NCBI GenBank assembly: GCA_045542035.1
Contig: JAZQKG010000037.1
Span: 66 to 64,065 of the forward strand
Length of the DNA stretch: 64,000 nt
Reading direction: 5' to 3'
Origin: Eubacteriales bacterium
GTDB taxonomy: Bacteria > Bacillota > Clostridia > Oscillospirales > CAG-272
The notes beneath the pieces are model-generated. The model made no database searches. It was not told the origin of the DNA and worked only from the letters and a program-made list of their open reading frames with translations. This document shows, piece by piece, positions 20,055 to 29,830 of the stretch. The first letter of the stretch is position 1. Every line of letters begins with the position of its first letter. Both the position numbers and the translations under genes were made by a program.

Positions 20055-21116
20055 ATGAGACATCTCATAGATATTCTTGATTTTTCGGTTGAAGAGCTTG
20101 ACAAGCTCTGCGCAACGGCAAACGATATTATAGCTCACCCCGAAATGTATTCCGAATCCTGCAAGGGCAAAATCCTCGGAACGCTTTTCTTCGAGCCATC
20201 TACAAGAACGAGACTCAGCTTCGTTTCGGCTATGATGAGCCTTGGCGGAAACGTTCTCGGATTTTCAAACTCCGGCTCATCGTCGGTTTCAAAGGGAGAA
20301 ACTCTTTCAGATACGATTCGCATGGTTGCGTCATACACCGATATAATCGCGATGCGCCACCCGAAAGAGGGAGCGCCTATCGTTGCCTCATCCGTTTCCA
20401 AAGTGCCGATTATAAACGCGGGAGACGGCGGTCATTTTCACCCTACTCAGACTCTTACAGACCTTCTGACAATACAGCGTAAAAAAGGAAGATTTAACGA
20501 TCTTACAATAGGCGTATGCGGTGATCTTAAATACGGAAGAACCGTTCACTCGCTTATTGCGGCTATGTCAAGATATAATAACGTAAAATTTGTTCTTATA
20601 TCTCCCGAAGAGCTTAAACTGCCCGACTACGTTAAAACAGAATTTCTCGGTGAGGGAAAATCCGAATTCACCGAAACGGTTGACCTTGAAAAAGCGATAC
20701 CCGAGCTTGATATTCTCTATATGACGAGAATACAGCAGGAAAGATTTTCCGACAAGGACGAATACGAAAGACTCAAGGACTCATACGTTCTTGACGCGGC
20801 AAAGCTTAAGTTCGCGAAGCCCGACCTTTCGATAATGCATCCCCTGCCCCGTGTTAACGAAATCGCGATAGATGTCGATGACGACCCAAGAGCTTCGTAT
20901 TTTGAGCAGGCGGAGAACGGCAGATATATAAGAATGGCGCTTATTCTTAAATTGCTCAAGGAAAAGAACACCGAAGGCGGAAAGCCGGTCGGTGAAGAGA
21001 ATCCCTCTCTCATTTGTAAAAATCCTCTGTGCATTACGAAAACAGAGCGCGGCATTAAGCGGCTCTATAAAGGCGATTCCTGCATATACTGCGACCAGAA
21101 AGCAAAACGTATATAA
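20055..21116 (+). CDS. pyrB: Aspartate carbamoyltransferase catalytic chain with a C-terminal PyrI-type zinc domain
   Basis: [12 protein letters not shown] and HPLPR motifs. An extra tail of about 45 aa, [11 protein letters not shown]...CIYC (Cx4C...Cx2C), lies at 21015-21113. Confidence 0.9.
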   Translation: MRHLIDILDFSVEELDKLCATANDIIAHPEMYSESCKGKILGTLFFEPSTRTRLSFVSAMMSLGGNVLGFSNSGSSSVSKGETLSDTIRMVASYTDIIAMRHPKEGAPIVASSVSKVPIINAGDGGHFHPTQTLTDLLTIQRKKGRFNDLTIGVCGDLKYGRTVHSLIAAMSRYNNVKFVLISPEELKLPDYVKTEFLGEGKSEFTETVDLEKAIPELDILYMTRIQQERFSDKDEYERLKDSYVLDAAKLKFAKPDLSIMHPLPRVNEIAIDVDDDPRASYFEQAENGRYIRMALILKLLKEKNTEGGKPVGEENPSLICKNPLCITKTERGIKRLYKGDSCIYCDQKAKRI

Positions 21117-21123
21117 ATTTCAA

Positions 21124-21159
21124 AATACCGCTTTCAATTTGAAGGCGGTATTCGTTTTT
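21124..21159 (+). terminator. pyr operon terminator
   Basis: Hairpin aataccgc / gcggtatt followed by cgttttt. Confidence 0.6.
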
Positions 21160-21343
21160 AAACTCCTACAGTTTAATTACTGATGAATTGCTGTAACTAC
21201 CATAGCGACGCATGATAATAAACTAATAGCGAAAAAAATCCACGTAAACGGTGTAAGAAGTAGCACAAGACTTTTTACATCTTATATTTATATTATAACT
21301 TGTGTATAATATATTTGTCAATACTAAATTAAGGATTACAATT

Positions 21344-21580
21344 ATGGAAAATTACGGAACAATAAAAATAAAGCTTAACGAGCTCATTCAGCAATCGGGT
21401 ATAAGCAAAAATAAGTTAGGACATAAAGCAGAAATGCAACGCACCCAACTTAATAATTATTGCAATAACAATATTTCAAGACTTGATACAGATGTTCTTG
21501 CCAGAATTTGTACCGTTTTGAATTGTGAAATTGGAGACCTTCTCGAATTCATTCCACCCAATCAGTCTGAAAACAAATAG
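21344..21580 (+). CDS. Small XRE-family HTH protein
   Basis: 78 aa. IKLNELIQQSGISKNKLGHKAEMQRTQLNNYCNN is HTH_3-like. The internal ATG at 21344 is preferred over the upstream GTG. Confidence 0.7.
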   Translation: MENYGTIKIKLNELIQQSGISKNKLGHKAEMQRTQLNNYCNNNISRLDTDVLARICTVLNCEIGDLLEFIPPNQSENK

Positions 21581-21615
21581 CGCCTGCGTTTTTTGCAGGC
21601 GCTATTTGTTTTCAG
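21567..21615. terminator. Bidirectional terminator: perfect 21-bp inverted repeat
   Basis: ctgaaaacaaatagcgcctgc, loop gtttttt, then gcaggcgctatttgttttcag. It spans the stop codons of the two convergent genes. Confidence 0.8.
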
Positions 21616-22028
21616 GTTTTATTTTTTTTAGACGAATCAGCATTTCTTTTGTTTTTCGCCTTGATTTCGTTTGCTGAATTTATGTATAAGTTTATAACGT
21701 TTTCAAGCGTTTCTCTCAGCGCGACTCTTAGCTTTTGAGGCATTGTTCTTGATTTTCTGTAAAGGTGCAATAGGTGAAGCTCCTCTTCGGAAAGCTCTGA
21801 CGTGTCATTTCGAAGAGGCATATCAAGAAGCTCTCCGACGTTAACGCGAAATTCCTCCGACAGCCTCGGAAGCATTCGCATATATGAGGAAGAGCGTCCG
21901 CGCCTCCAGTTGTTGACGGTTTTCTCCGAAAGTCCCATAACTCGCTCAAAGGCGGCGTCGCTTTCGAACTCCGAATCAATGAGGGAGAGTATTCTTTCCC
22001 TCACTCTTTCTGCGTTTTCCTTATTCAC
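21612..22028 (-). CDS. HTH-domain protein (XRE-like), function unknown
   Basis: 138 aa. FERVMGLSEKTVNNWRRGRSS is an HTH-like segment. Overlaps the stop of the upstream flavin reductase gene (22025-22028). Confidence 0.6.
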   Translation of the reverse strand: MNKENAERVRERILSLIDSEFESDAAFERVMGLSEKTVNNWRRGRSSSYMRMLPRLSEEFRVNVGELLDMPLRNDTSELSEEELHLLHLYRKSRTMPQKLRVALRETLENVINLYINSANEIKAKNKRNADSSKKNKT

Positions 22029-22645
22029 GCTTTCCCCTCCTTTTTATTAGACGGCGAGGACTTCGGTTTTCTTGACACGGGGCGCTTCTTCTTATCAGTG
22101 CTGAATCCGAATCTTCCGACTTTCTTTCCGAGCGCGTAATACTCACCGTGCGAATAAGCGATAAGCTTCGCTTTGTCAAAGCATATTTTTCCGTTCGCGT
22201 CTATTATACCCTCATCGCAGGAAACGTTGACTATGTCAGCCATAAATATATCGTGCGTTCCGCTCTCGATAATATCAAAAACCTTGCATTCAAGCGCTAT
22301 CGGAGCTTCCTTAATTGTCGGAGCTTCAACAGCTTGACTCTTTATTTTCGTAAGATTGCATTTTTTGAATTTATCAACCTTAGCGCCGGTATATATTCCT
22401 ACGTAATCGGTTGTCCATGCGAGAGCTTCATTTGTAAGATTAATTACAAACTCGCGTTTCTCGGTAAGTATTTTATGCGAGTATCTGCTTGGACGCACTG
22501 AAATATATGTTCTTGGCGGGTCTGATGAAAGTATTCCCGTCCATGCGACCGTCAATATATTACTCTCCACCATATCTCCGACGCTCACCATCACAGCGGG
22601 AAGCGGTGCTTCAAGAGTTCCCGCCTTAAAGTTCTGTCTTGCCAT
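22025..22645 (-). CDS. Flavin reductase-like FMN-binding domain protein with a Lys-rich C-terminal tail
   Basis: LTVAWTGILSSDPPRTYISVRPSRYSH resembles the flavin reductase-like domain. AGGAGG lies 8 nt upstream of the ATG at 22645. The tail is KKKRPVSRKPKSSPSNKKEGKA. Confidence 0.7.
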   Translation of the reverse strand: MARQNFKAGTLEAPLPAVMVSVGDMVESNILTVAWTGILSSDPPRTYISVRPSRYSHKILTEKREFVINLTNEALAWTTDYVGIYTGAKVDKFKKCNLTKIKSQAVEAPTIKEAPIALECKVFDIIESGTHDIFMADIVNVSCDEGIIDANGKICFDKAKLIAYSHGEYYALGKKVGRFGFSTDKKKRPVSRKPKSSPSNKKEGKA

Positions 22646-23435
22646 TGCCTTCTCCTCCTTTTTTATCATCAGGATGCTTTAACATACCGAGCCAAAGCCG
22701 CGAAAGAATCGAATCGGGTAATATTTTAAACAATACGTGCTGCATTTTCGTGTACCAATTGGTTACGCACATCGTTTTTCCCTTGACCATCGCGCGAATG
22801 CACTTTCCGACGACCTTCTCTTTTTTTAGCAAGGGCTTTGTCGATTTCGGCATAGTTACAGAGCTGTCCGCGGCAATATCGAGAAAGTCCGTCTCTACCC
22901 AGCCGGGGCAGAAGCAGGTTGCGCGGAGCCCATACTTCTTTATCTCATAATTCAAGGACTTAGTGTAGTGAAGCACGAAAACCTTTGATGAGGAATATGT
23001 GTTAAAATAGGGCAGCGGCGTGAAGCAGGAGCCGCTTCCGAGTTCTACTATTCTTCCGCCCCTTTCCATATACGGTATCGTCATATGAGTAATCAAAACG
23101 AGCGCCTTTGTGTTAAGGTCAATCATTTTTGCGACGTAGGTCTCGTCAATTTGGTCAAACGAACCGAACTTTCCGAATCCCGCTGCGTTGATAAGATATT
23201 TTACCTTAGGTTTTTCCTCTTTGAGCGCTGCGCGTACTGCGTCTATTCCTTCGGTTTTAGTAAGGTCCGCGCTTATTATTTTCGCATTTACACCAAGCTT
23301 CTCCCGAAGGTCTTCCATTTTTTCAGCGCGCCTTGCAATGAACCAAAAATTATCCACTCCAAGCTTTTCCTTCATCTGCTTTGCGAACTCGCGTCCTATA
23401 CCGCTTGACGCGCCGGTTATTATTGCTATCGACAT
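22626..23435 (-). CDS. Short-chain dehydrogenase/reductase (SDR)
   Basis: ITGASSGIG cofactor motif and YSSSK catalytic motif. Confidence 0.88.
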   Translation of the reverse strand: MSIAIITGASSGIGREFAKQMKEKLGVDNFWFIARRAEKMEDLREKLGVNAKIISADLTKTEGIDAVRAALKEEKPKVKYLINAAGFGKFGSFDQIDETYVAKMIDLNTKALVLITHMTIPYMERGGRIVELGSGSCFTPLPYFNTYSSSKVFVLHYTKSLNYEIKKYGLRATCFCPGWVETDFLDIAADSSVTMPKSTKPLLKKEKVVGKCIRAMVKGKTMCVTNWYTKMQHVLFKILPDSILSRLWLGMLKHPDDKKGGEGNGKTEL

Positions 23436-23448
23436 ATTTTTTCACCAA

Positions 23449-24609
23449 TCATTTCTGTTTTTTATTTTCTATCGCTGCCTTATAAACATTCAGAACGTTT
23501 TCCGCAAAAATTTTCTTATCATACCGCAGAGCAATAGCTTCGCTTCGCTGCCCCATTGCCAAAAGAGTATCTTTTGATGACAAAAGGACCTCAAGCGCTT
23601 CTACAAACTCATTCTCATTGTTATACGCGAATCCATTCTCCCCCTGAACTATCACATTATCCAAGCATTCATCGTATCTGCAAATGAGCGGAAGAGAGTT
23701 CGCCGCTGCTTCAATATAAGTCAAGCCTTGAGTTTCGCTGGTTGAGGCGCTGACGAATATGTCCGCAGACTGATAATATTTATGCACGTCTTTTGGGGAA
23801 ACCATACCGGTAAATATAATTTTCTCCGACATCTTCATATCTGTTACTTTGCTTTGCAAGGCTTCTCTCGCAGGACCGTCTCCTACAATCACAAGCAACG
23901 CATCCGGTGTTTTATCGCTCACCCGTGCAAAATATTCAATTAACTCATGTATGTTCTTTTCGGAAGCAATTCTTCCAAGATTCATCAAAACCGCCTTATC
24001 TTCGGATATGCCGTATTTTTGCCTTATCTCATTTCTTTCTTCGCGTGATATCCTCTGCTTATACCTGTCAAGGTCTATTCCGCTCGGTATAATATTAAAT
24101 TCGCAATTTACACCGTTTTTAATATGCCTGTTTTTCACCTTTTCGGTCGGCACGATGACAGAATCTACGTTTTCAAGAAATCTTTTGGTTATTTTTCGAG
24201 CCACCCAGCGCCCGAATCTTTTAATTAAGAACACGTATCCGACGTAATCCTCGTACATCGTGTGGTACGTATGAACAATCGGCGCTCCTGTTTTTTGGGA
24301 GATATAACGCGCGAATCTGAAGCTGAAAAACTCACACTGACTGTGTATAACATCGGGCTTCCACTCAATAATTTCTTTAATCAGCTTGTGTCTGTATGAT
24401 GTTGGCATTCGCGTTCCGTTATATACTTTTATCGGCAAGGACCTTATCAGCGTAACGTCGCCGTTTTTATAGCTTTTCATTTTGCTTGAAATGCTGAGTA
24501 CGCGCACGTCGTGACCGCGCTTTTTAAGCTCGTCCATCAGGTTGCGCACCGATGTGACGACCCCGTTCGTTTCAACAAAAAACAAGTCGCTTGTAATAAG
24601 TATTTTCAT
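23449..24609 (-). CDS. Family 4 glycosyltransferase (diacylglycerol glycosyltransferase-like)
   Basis: 386 aa with GT-B/GT4 features, including a C-terminal SETQGLTYIEAAA (E-x7-E region). Confidence 0.8.
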   Translation of the reverse strand: MKILITSDLFFVETNGVVTSVRNLMDELKKRGHDVRVLSISSKMKSYKNGDVTLIRSLPIKVYNGTRMPTSYRHKLIKEIIEWKPDVIHSQCEFFSFRFARYISQKTGAPIVHTYHTMYEDYVGYVFLIKRFGRWVARKITKRFLENVDSVIVPTEKVKNRHIKNGVNCEFNIIPSGIDLDRYKQRISREERNEIRQKYGISEDKAVLMNLGRIASEKNIHELIEYFARVSDKTPDALLVIVGDGPAREALQSKVTDMKMSEKIIFTGMVSPKDVHKYYQSADIFVSASTSETQGLTYIEAAANSLPLICRYDECLDNVIVQGENGFAYNNENEFVEALEVLLSSKDTLLAMGQRSEAIALRYDKKIFAENVLNVYKAAIENKKQK

Positions 24610-24633
24610 TGTTGTTAATCAAGCAAACGTTTT

Positions 24634-26652
24634 TCAACGCTTTCCTATTCTCCTGACTTCTTGTTTTAATGACTCTCCTCGGCTATACGCAGATATGACG
24701 AAATTCACCTCCTGCGCGCTTTCCACGGAGAAAATAAAATGAGAGTGTAAAATCTTTGAATTTTTCAGCTCTGATTTTTTGTCACCCATATAGGTTGGCA
24801 ACGAATTTAAAATCAGATTTCTGTGACCGTATTCACGAACAATCGGAAATTTTGCCCCCGTCCTATCTTCAAACGAAGCGCTATTGCATTTATCACACCC
24901 GAAATTTTCTTTGATAAAGCATCTCTCGGTAAGCATAAGCGGTATTCTTCCGTACACGATTTCTCCCCCTCCTATATCCCGCGCCATAGGAAGCGTAATT
25001 TCGGGTGAAAGAATGAAGCTTTCTATACCGAGATTCTTATACTCAGCTTTTGAATACGAGTTGGTTATATTAAGTCTGAAATCTCCTATCGGAATTAAAT
25101 CAGCATCCATCGCAAATTTTATGTGTCCGATATTTCCCACAAGCGCGTACGTCGCGCCTGCGTCTTTCGCTTTTTTTATGAGAGCTTTAATCTCATCGGT
25201 CTCACCGTCCGTTATGACCGGCGGAATATAAACCCCGTTCGACTCTCCCCCATAATACTCAAGAGGAAGAAAAACGACGTCAAAAAAGCGAAGTGCTTGA
25301 GAATACGGCTTAACGCAGTCAAAATACAACTCTTTCTTTAAAAACAAGGCGCTTTTCAGCTCTTTTCCCGCACCCCGTGTTGCTTTTTCCTCTGTGTAAT
25401 CATAAATTCCGTAATTTCTTTCGCATGAGGTGAGCGCCTCTGCCGCATCTCTGCGCAAAGCGTTAATTGCCGATGGCGGAAGGTTAATTCCTTCGTCAAG
25501 CGTAAGACTTATATCATCTGCGGACAAGCTGAGCATCGTAGCGCCCATCTTTGAAAGTCTTGCCTTAACGTCGCTTTCCGAAAGCGGTGAGCTTATAGCC
25601 TTGGTGGGCACAGCGCCCTTAACCGTCATTTTCTTTCCGCTATTCAATATAAGCGTCATTTCGGATGCCTCACCAAGTTTCATCGAAACCTCAGCCCGAA
25701 CGCATACCCTCTCGGGTAAAAACTGCATCGGCTGAATTTGCTTTGAATTTTCTTTGTCCTCTTCAGAGCGCACACCGGTCATAACTTTGAATTTGTTTGC
25801 CGTAAAATATCCGTCTGTAAAATCTCCGCGAGCAAAGACACGCTTTAGCTCTGTTTCTTCTTTTTTACTTGCATTGCGTCCCTCATCAAGAAGATTGCGA
25901 TACACCCGTGTTACAACATACACATATTCAGGCGATTTCATTCTTCCTTCTATTTTGAGAGAGGCAACTCCGGATTCAATAAGCTCACATATGTGATTTG
26001 CGAGCGAAAGATCTGAAAGAGACAAAGGATACTTCGAGCCGTAAGGAAGGCGGCAGGGCTGAGCGCATTCTCCTCGGTTTCCGCTTCTTCCGCCGACGAG
26101 CGACGAAAAAAGGCACTGTCCAGAATGGCAAACGCATAGCGCCCCGTGTAAAAAAGCTTCAGTTTCAATACTGCAGTTCTCGGTAACACTAACGATGTTC
26201 GAATATGAAAGCTCACGCGCCAGAACAACTCGTTCGCATCCAAGCTTTGCCGCCTCATCTGCGCCGCACGTATTATGAACCGACATTTGAGTAGACGCAT
26301 GTATTGGGAGATTGGGAACTCTCCTTTTAATTTCTCTTATAACGCCAAGGTCGGCGGTTATAACCGCATCTACACCTATTCTCCAAAGCTCTGCCACATA
26401 GTCGGAAAGCTCACGCATCTCTCTGTCGTACACAAGCGTGTTAACCGTTACGTAAAGCTTTACTCCGTGAATATGGCAGTACCGTACAGCGTATGAAAGC
26501 TCGTCTGTATCAAAGTTCTTTGCATAGGCTCTTGCTCCAAACGAGCGTCCGCCAACGTATATCGCATCCGCTCCGCCTTTCACTGCTGCGTAAAGGCACT
26601 GCATATCTCCCGCAGGAGCAAGAAGCTCTGGTAAAGTACTTTTTCTTTTCAT
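24634..26652 (-). CDS. U32 family peptidase-like protein
   Basis: 672 aa. PELLAPAGD ... GADAIYVGG N-terminus and the E-x-F-x-H-G-A-L-C motif (EAFLHGALCVCHSGQC). Confidence 0.85.
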   Translation of the reverse strand: MKRKSTLPELLAPAGDMQCLYAAVKGGADAIYVGGRSFGARAYAKNFDTDELSYAVRYCHIHGVKLYVTVNTLVYDREMRELSDYVAELWRIGVDAVITADLGVIREIKRRVPNLPIHASTQMSVHNTCGADEAAKLGCERVVLARELSYSNIVSVTENCSIETEAFLHGALCVCHSGQCLFSSLVGGRSGNRGECAQPCRLPYGSKYPLSLSDLSLANHICELIESGVASLKIEGRMKSPEYVYVVTRVYRNLLDEGRNASKKEETELKRVFARGDFTDGYFTANKFKVMTGVRSEEDKENSKQIQPMQFLPERVCVRAEVSMKLGEASEMTLILNSGKKMTVKGAVPTKAISSPLSESDVKARLSKMGATMLSLSADDISLTLDEGINLPPSAINALRRDAAEALTSCERNYGIYDYTEEKATRGAGKELKSALFLKKELYFDCVKPYSQALRFFDVVFLPLEYYGGESNGVYIPPVITDGETDEIKALIKKAKDAGATYALVGNIGHIKFAMDADLIPIGDFRLNITNSYSKAEYKNLGIESFILSPEITLPMARDIGGGEIVYGRIPLMLTERCFIKENFGCDKCNSASFEDRTGAKFPIVREYGHRNLILNSLPTYMGDKKSELKNSKILHSHFIFSVESAQEVNFVISAYSRGESLKQEVRRIGKR

Positions 26653-26781
26653 ATTCCAACTTATCTACCTTATATTATTCTGCTTTCATTTTATCAAAAA
26701 CAAACGTGTTTGTCAATGCGCATATTTAACGAATATGCACCGTAAATTTCGTAAATTGTGTGAACATATTTATTCATGGGC

Positions 26782-26829
26782 AAAAAACACCGACATTTCG
26801 CTTTTGTTTTAATATAGACGAAATGTCGG
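26782..26829 (-). terminator. Terminator downstream of dpaB
   Basis: Arms ccgacatttcg / cgaaatgtcgg with a T-run on the minus strand (plus-strand aaaaaa at 26782-26787). Confidence 0.55.
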
Positions 26830-26843
26830 AAACATATAACTTT

Positions 26844-27404
26844 TTATGAGAACAAAGGGCGGAGTTGTTTTCCCTCTTGCATTGCAAGAAATCCTTCTTT
26901 AAGCCTTGAAAAATCCGCAACGAGAGAATATGGTTTACCTCTCGGACTATCCTGTGAAAGAGGCAAAAAATATACCGATTTTCTCGTCAGCAATTTTGCT
27001 ATATTCCCAAGATTTTGAGACATGGCGTCATTTGAAGCAAGCGCGATAAGCATCGGACGGTCACAGCGTAAATGCGCCTTCGCCGCCATAGTTACCGCGG
27101 TATCGGTTATTCCGTTTGCGATTTTAGCAAGGGTATTGCCGGTGCAAGGCGCAATTATGAGGTAATCAAGCGGTCGTTTAGCTCCGAACGGCTCCGCATC
27201 CTCTATTGTGTGTATAATCTTTTTCGAGCATATGCTTTCTATTTCTTTTATTAAATCGGACGCTTTATAAAATACCGTATCCTTAGAATATGCGTTCTCG
27301 CTCATTATAGGCTGTATATCATATCCCGCCGATACCATCCCCCGAAGCTCAATAAGTGAGCTTTCAAGCGTACAAAACGATCCGGTAAGTGCGTAACCAA
27401 TCAT
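26844..27404 (-). CDS. dpaB: Dipicolinate synthase subunit B
   Basis: 186 aa flavoprotein-like. MIGYALTGSFCT N-terminus is typical of SpoVFB. Adjacent to dpaA. Confidence 0.85.
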   Translation of the reverse strand: MIGYALTGSFCTLESSLIELRGMVSAGYDIQPIMSENAYSKDTVFYKASDLIKEIESICSKKIIHTIEDAEPFGAKRPLDYLIIAPCTGNTLAKIANGITDTAVTMAAKAHLRCDRPMLIALASNDAMSQNLGNIAKLLTRKSVYFLPLSQDSPRGKPYSLVADFSRLKEGFLAMQEGKQLRPLFS

Positions 27405-27441
27405 TAAAACCTCCGAATACGAAATTCATTTTATAAATGAA

Positions 27442-28227
27442 CTACTTCCACGCTGTATTTATAAACCTCTCAACCGCGGAAAAATAAGTCCGCCCCGCGC
27501 TCTCGCAAAACATTTTTTCAGGTATGCCCGGAAGCCGCTCAACCCCTTCAATATCTTTGAAATTATCACCGGAGGCAAGCTCTACAATTCTCATATTTTT
27601 GGAGGCGAGTCCGAGCCTCACAGCGTCTCTCATATCCTTTGGCGCAGTATTGATAAGTATATCTATTCCCGAAAAATCATACGCGTCGGAATCCGAGACG
27701 GAAACGCAGTCTATTCCGCACTCACCAAGCTGAATAGAATTTAGAACCTTAGAGGTATAAATCTTGACTCTTGCTCCGAGAAAAAGCAACATTCTGACGA
27801 GCCGCGAGCCTATTCTTCCGTAACCTACGATTCCAAAATGAATATCGTCGGGAGATTTGTTCACCGTTGTAAGAATATAACCAAGTGCTCCTACAGCGGT
27901 AATATAAGCATTGTCGCATAAATATTCTTCGTCACACGATAAATCAAGCACTGATGAGCCATGCTCGTTTATCATTGAAACAAAGGACTGCGGCAGACCG
28001 TAACCGACTACGATGCTATTTTCATCTATGTTACAGATGGTATCTGAAAGCAAAATATCCGTACCGAAAACATGCTTTTTATCCTTTGTGGTAGGGACGG
28101 GCAAAAGCACAAGATGCGACGCGAGACAAAGGCTCCGAGCAAGCCTCGCGGCAATCTTTAATCTCTCGCCTGCGCCATAAGTTTCTATATTCATTATAAA
28201 ATTCCGTTTCTGTTTTATAGTAGGCAT
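27442..28227 (-). CDS. dpaA: Dipicolinate synthase subunit A
   Basis: NAD-binding GIVGYGRIGSRL and pairing with dpaB. The start is uncertain (28227 or 28194) because neither has a strong RBS. Confidence 0.8.
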   Translation of the reverse strand: MPTIKQKRNFIMNIETYGAGERLKIAARLARSLCLASHLVLLPVPTTKDKKHVFGTDILLSDTICNIDENSIVVGYGLPQSFVSMINEHGSSVLDLSCDEEYLCDNAYITAVGALGYILTTVNKSPDDIHFGIVGYGRIGSRLVRMLLFLGARVKIYTSKVLNSIQLGECGIDCVSVSDSDAYDFSGIDILINTAPKDMRDAVRLGLASKNMRIVELASGDNFKDIEGVERLPGIPEKMFCESAGRTYFSAVERFINTAWK

Positions 28228-28537
28228 TTGCCTACGTTACATAATATGCAAAATTTTAGGAACTTGATAAAGGCATTTATGCTTAGAGTAATATAAAAAG
28301 AGCGAGATGCCGCTTCTCGACACCTCCGCTCATATAAAAACTTCCGGGCGTCACCGTCAATAATCGTACCTGTGGAAACTATACGCCGACGCTAAAACGC
28401 AAGAAAGAGCTCTAAGGCAAAGGTGGCCCCGAGCTCCTCGTTAAATATATGGCATGCGCCAAAATGCTGCTTATTGTAAGACCCACATTTTCAAGGTGAC
28501 AAATCATGTCGGTCTATGCGCCTCATAGAATCCCCTT

Positions 28538-29722
28538 TTAATATTCGGTAAGCATGCTTTCCACAATCGGAACAGTTATATCGATTGCCGTGCCATCCCG
28601 TGTTAAATTAATTACCACAGAACTGCCGACTCTCGCGTAAAGCATCGTGTCTATTATATGATAGGTTCTGCTCACCTCATGCTTGACCCCGTCAATCGTA
28701 ATGGAGTTTATTACATCGCCTGCCTTCAGAATGCCGTTAGCCGCTCCGTTTGCCGCGACGTCTGTAAGCATAACGGTTTCTTTTTTATAAATTTTGCCTG
28801 TTTCTGTATCGTATTCGGTGTAAAGGGATTTAATTCCCACCGTCACGCCAAGCATACATCTGTACACGTTCTGCTTTGTCTTTCCGTCACAGTAATAAAG
28901 AATATTTTCCGCGATAGCCTTCGCTACGTTTGAAGGAATGGCATAACCGATATTGTCGATAGAAGAATCCGCGTCCTTTGCGTTTACGATTCCTATAAGC
29001 TCACCCTTAGCATTAAAAAGTCCGCCTCCGGAATTTCCGCTGTTAACCGCCGCGTCTGTTCTCATAACTCTTAAGGTAATGCGCTGCACCTTATTGTAAA
29101 CTTGAAATCCGACGGAAATATTTTCACTGTCAACGTTAATACAACCCACCGTTGCCGATATTCCGTTTCCCTCCGGGTTTCCAATGGCTATCGCCGTATC
29201 GAGTATTGCGACTTCGTTAGAATCCGCGACAGAGACCGCAGCCGCGTTGCTTTCCATAAGAACCGTGCTTCCCGTTACCTTTAAAACGGCTATATCATAA
29301 TTCATGGAGCCGCCTACGTATTCCGCGGGAATAGCGTACTTCGACGCTTCCATTCCATATAAATACGCGTATATTTCGCTGTTTATACTTCCGTTATCGT
29401 AAACTACGTGATAATTCGTAATTATATATGCGTTTCCCTTTTCTTTTTCGAGCTTATAAATAACTCCCGAGCCGGCAGAGGTAGATGTGATTATACTTAC
29501 GGATGAAAGAAGCGCTTTGCTTGCCGCTAACATATTAGTGCTTGAGCTTGAACTTATGTCTATATCGTAATTGGGTCCGCCCTGAACGTTTATTGTCGTT
29601 CCGCCTCCGCCCCCGTCACCGCTCGGGAGCTGAAAAGCGCCTCCGTCAATTAAAAGACAGGAAGAGAAGCTTCCGACGATAACGGTTAATATAAGTAATA
29701 TACCTACAAATCTCTTTTTCAT
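28538..29722 (-). CDS. S1C (HtrA-like) trypsin-family serine protease lipoprotein with C-terminal PDZ-like region
   Basis: Lipobox GSFSSC, catalytic GNSGGGLF motif and TNYHVV His region. Confidence 0.85.
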   Translation of the reverse strand: MKKRFVGILLILTVIVGSFSSCLLIDGGAFQLPSGDGGGGGTTINVQGGPNYDIDISSSSSTNMLAASKALLSSVSIITSTSAGSGVIYKLEKEKGNAYIITNYHVVYDNGSINSEIYAYLYGMEASKYAIPAEYVGGSMNYDIAVLKVTGSTVLMESNAAAVSVADSNEVAILDTAIAIGNPEGNGISATVGCINVDSENISVGFQVYNKVQRITLRVMRTDAAVNSGNSGGGLFNAKGELIGIVNAKDADSSIDNIGYAIPSNVAKAIAENILYYCDGKTKQNVYRCMLGVTVGIKSLYTEYDTETGKIYKKETVMLTDVAANGAANGILKAGDVINSITIDGVKHEVSRTYHIIDTMLYARVGSSVVINLTRDGTAIDITVPIVESMLTEY

Positions 29723-29830
29723 ATGTTCACCTTAAAATTGGTTTAGTTGCTTTTATTCTACACCTTTTTTATGTCTTATATGTTACAAAAAGGCAAAATT
29801 GAAATTAACTTTTTAATAATCTCCGATGAA

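Noticed and set aside
28228-28537. Possible lysine (L-box) riboswitch or SRP RNA upstream of dpaA, suggested by GAGGCGC and GACGCCCGGAAG words on the minus strand.
   Set aside because: The order and spacing of the words do not follow the L-box core (AGAGGCGC ... GCGCCGAAG ... CTGTCA ... GGAGAGC). The SRP domain IV motif GGAAGGAAGCAGC is absent. Kept only as an unexplained spacer.
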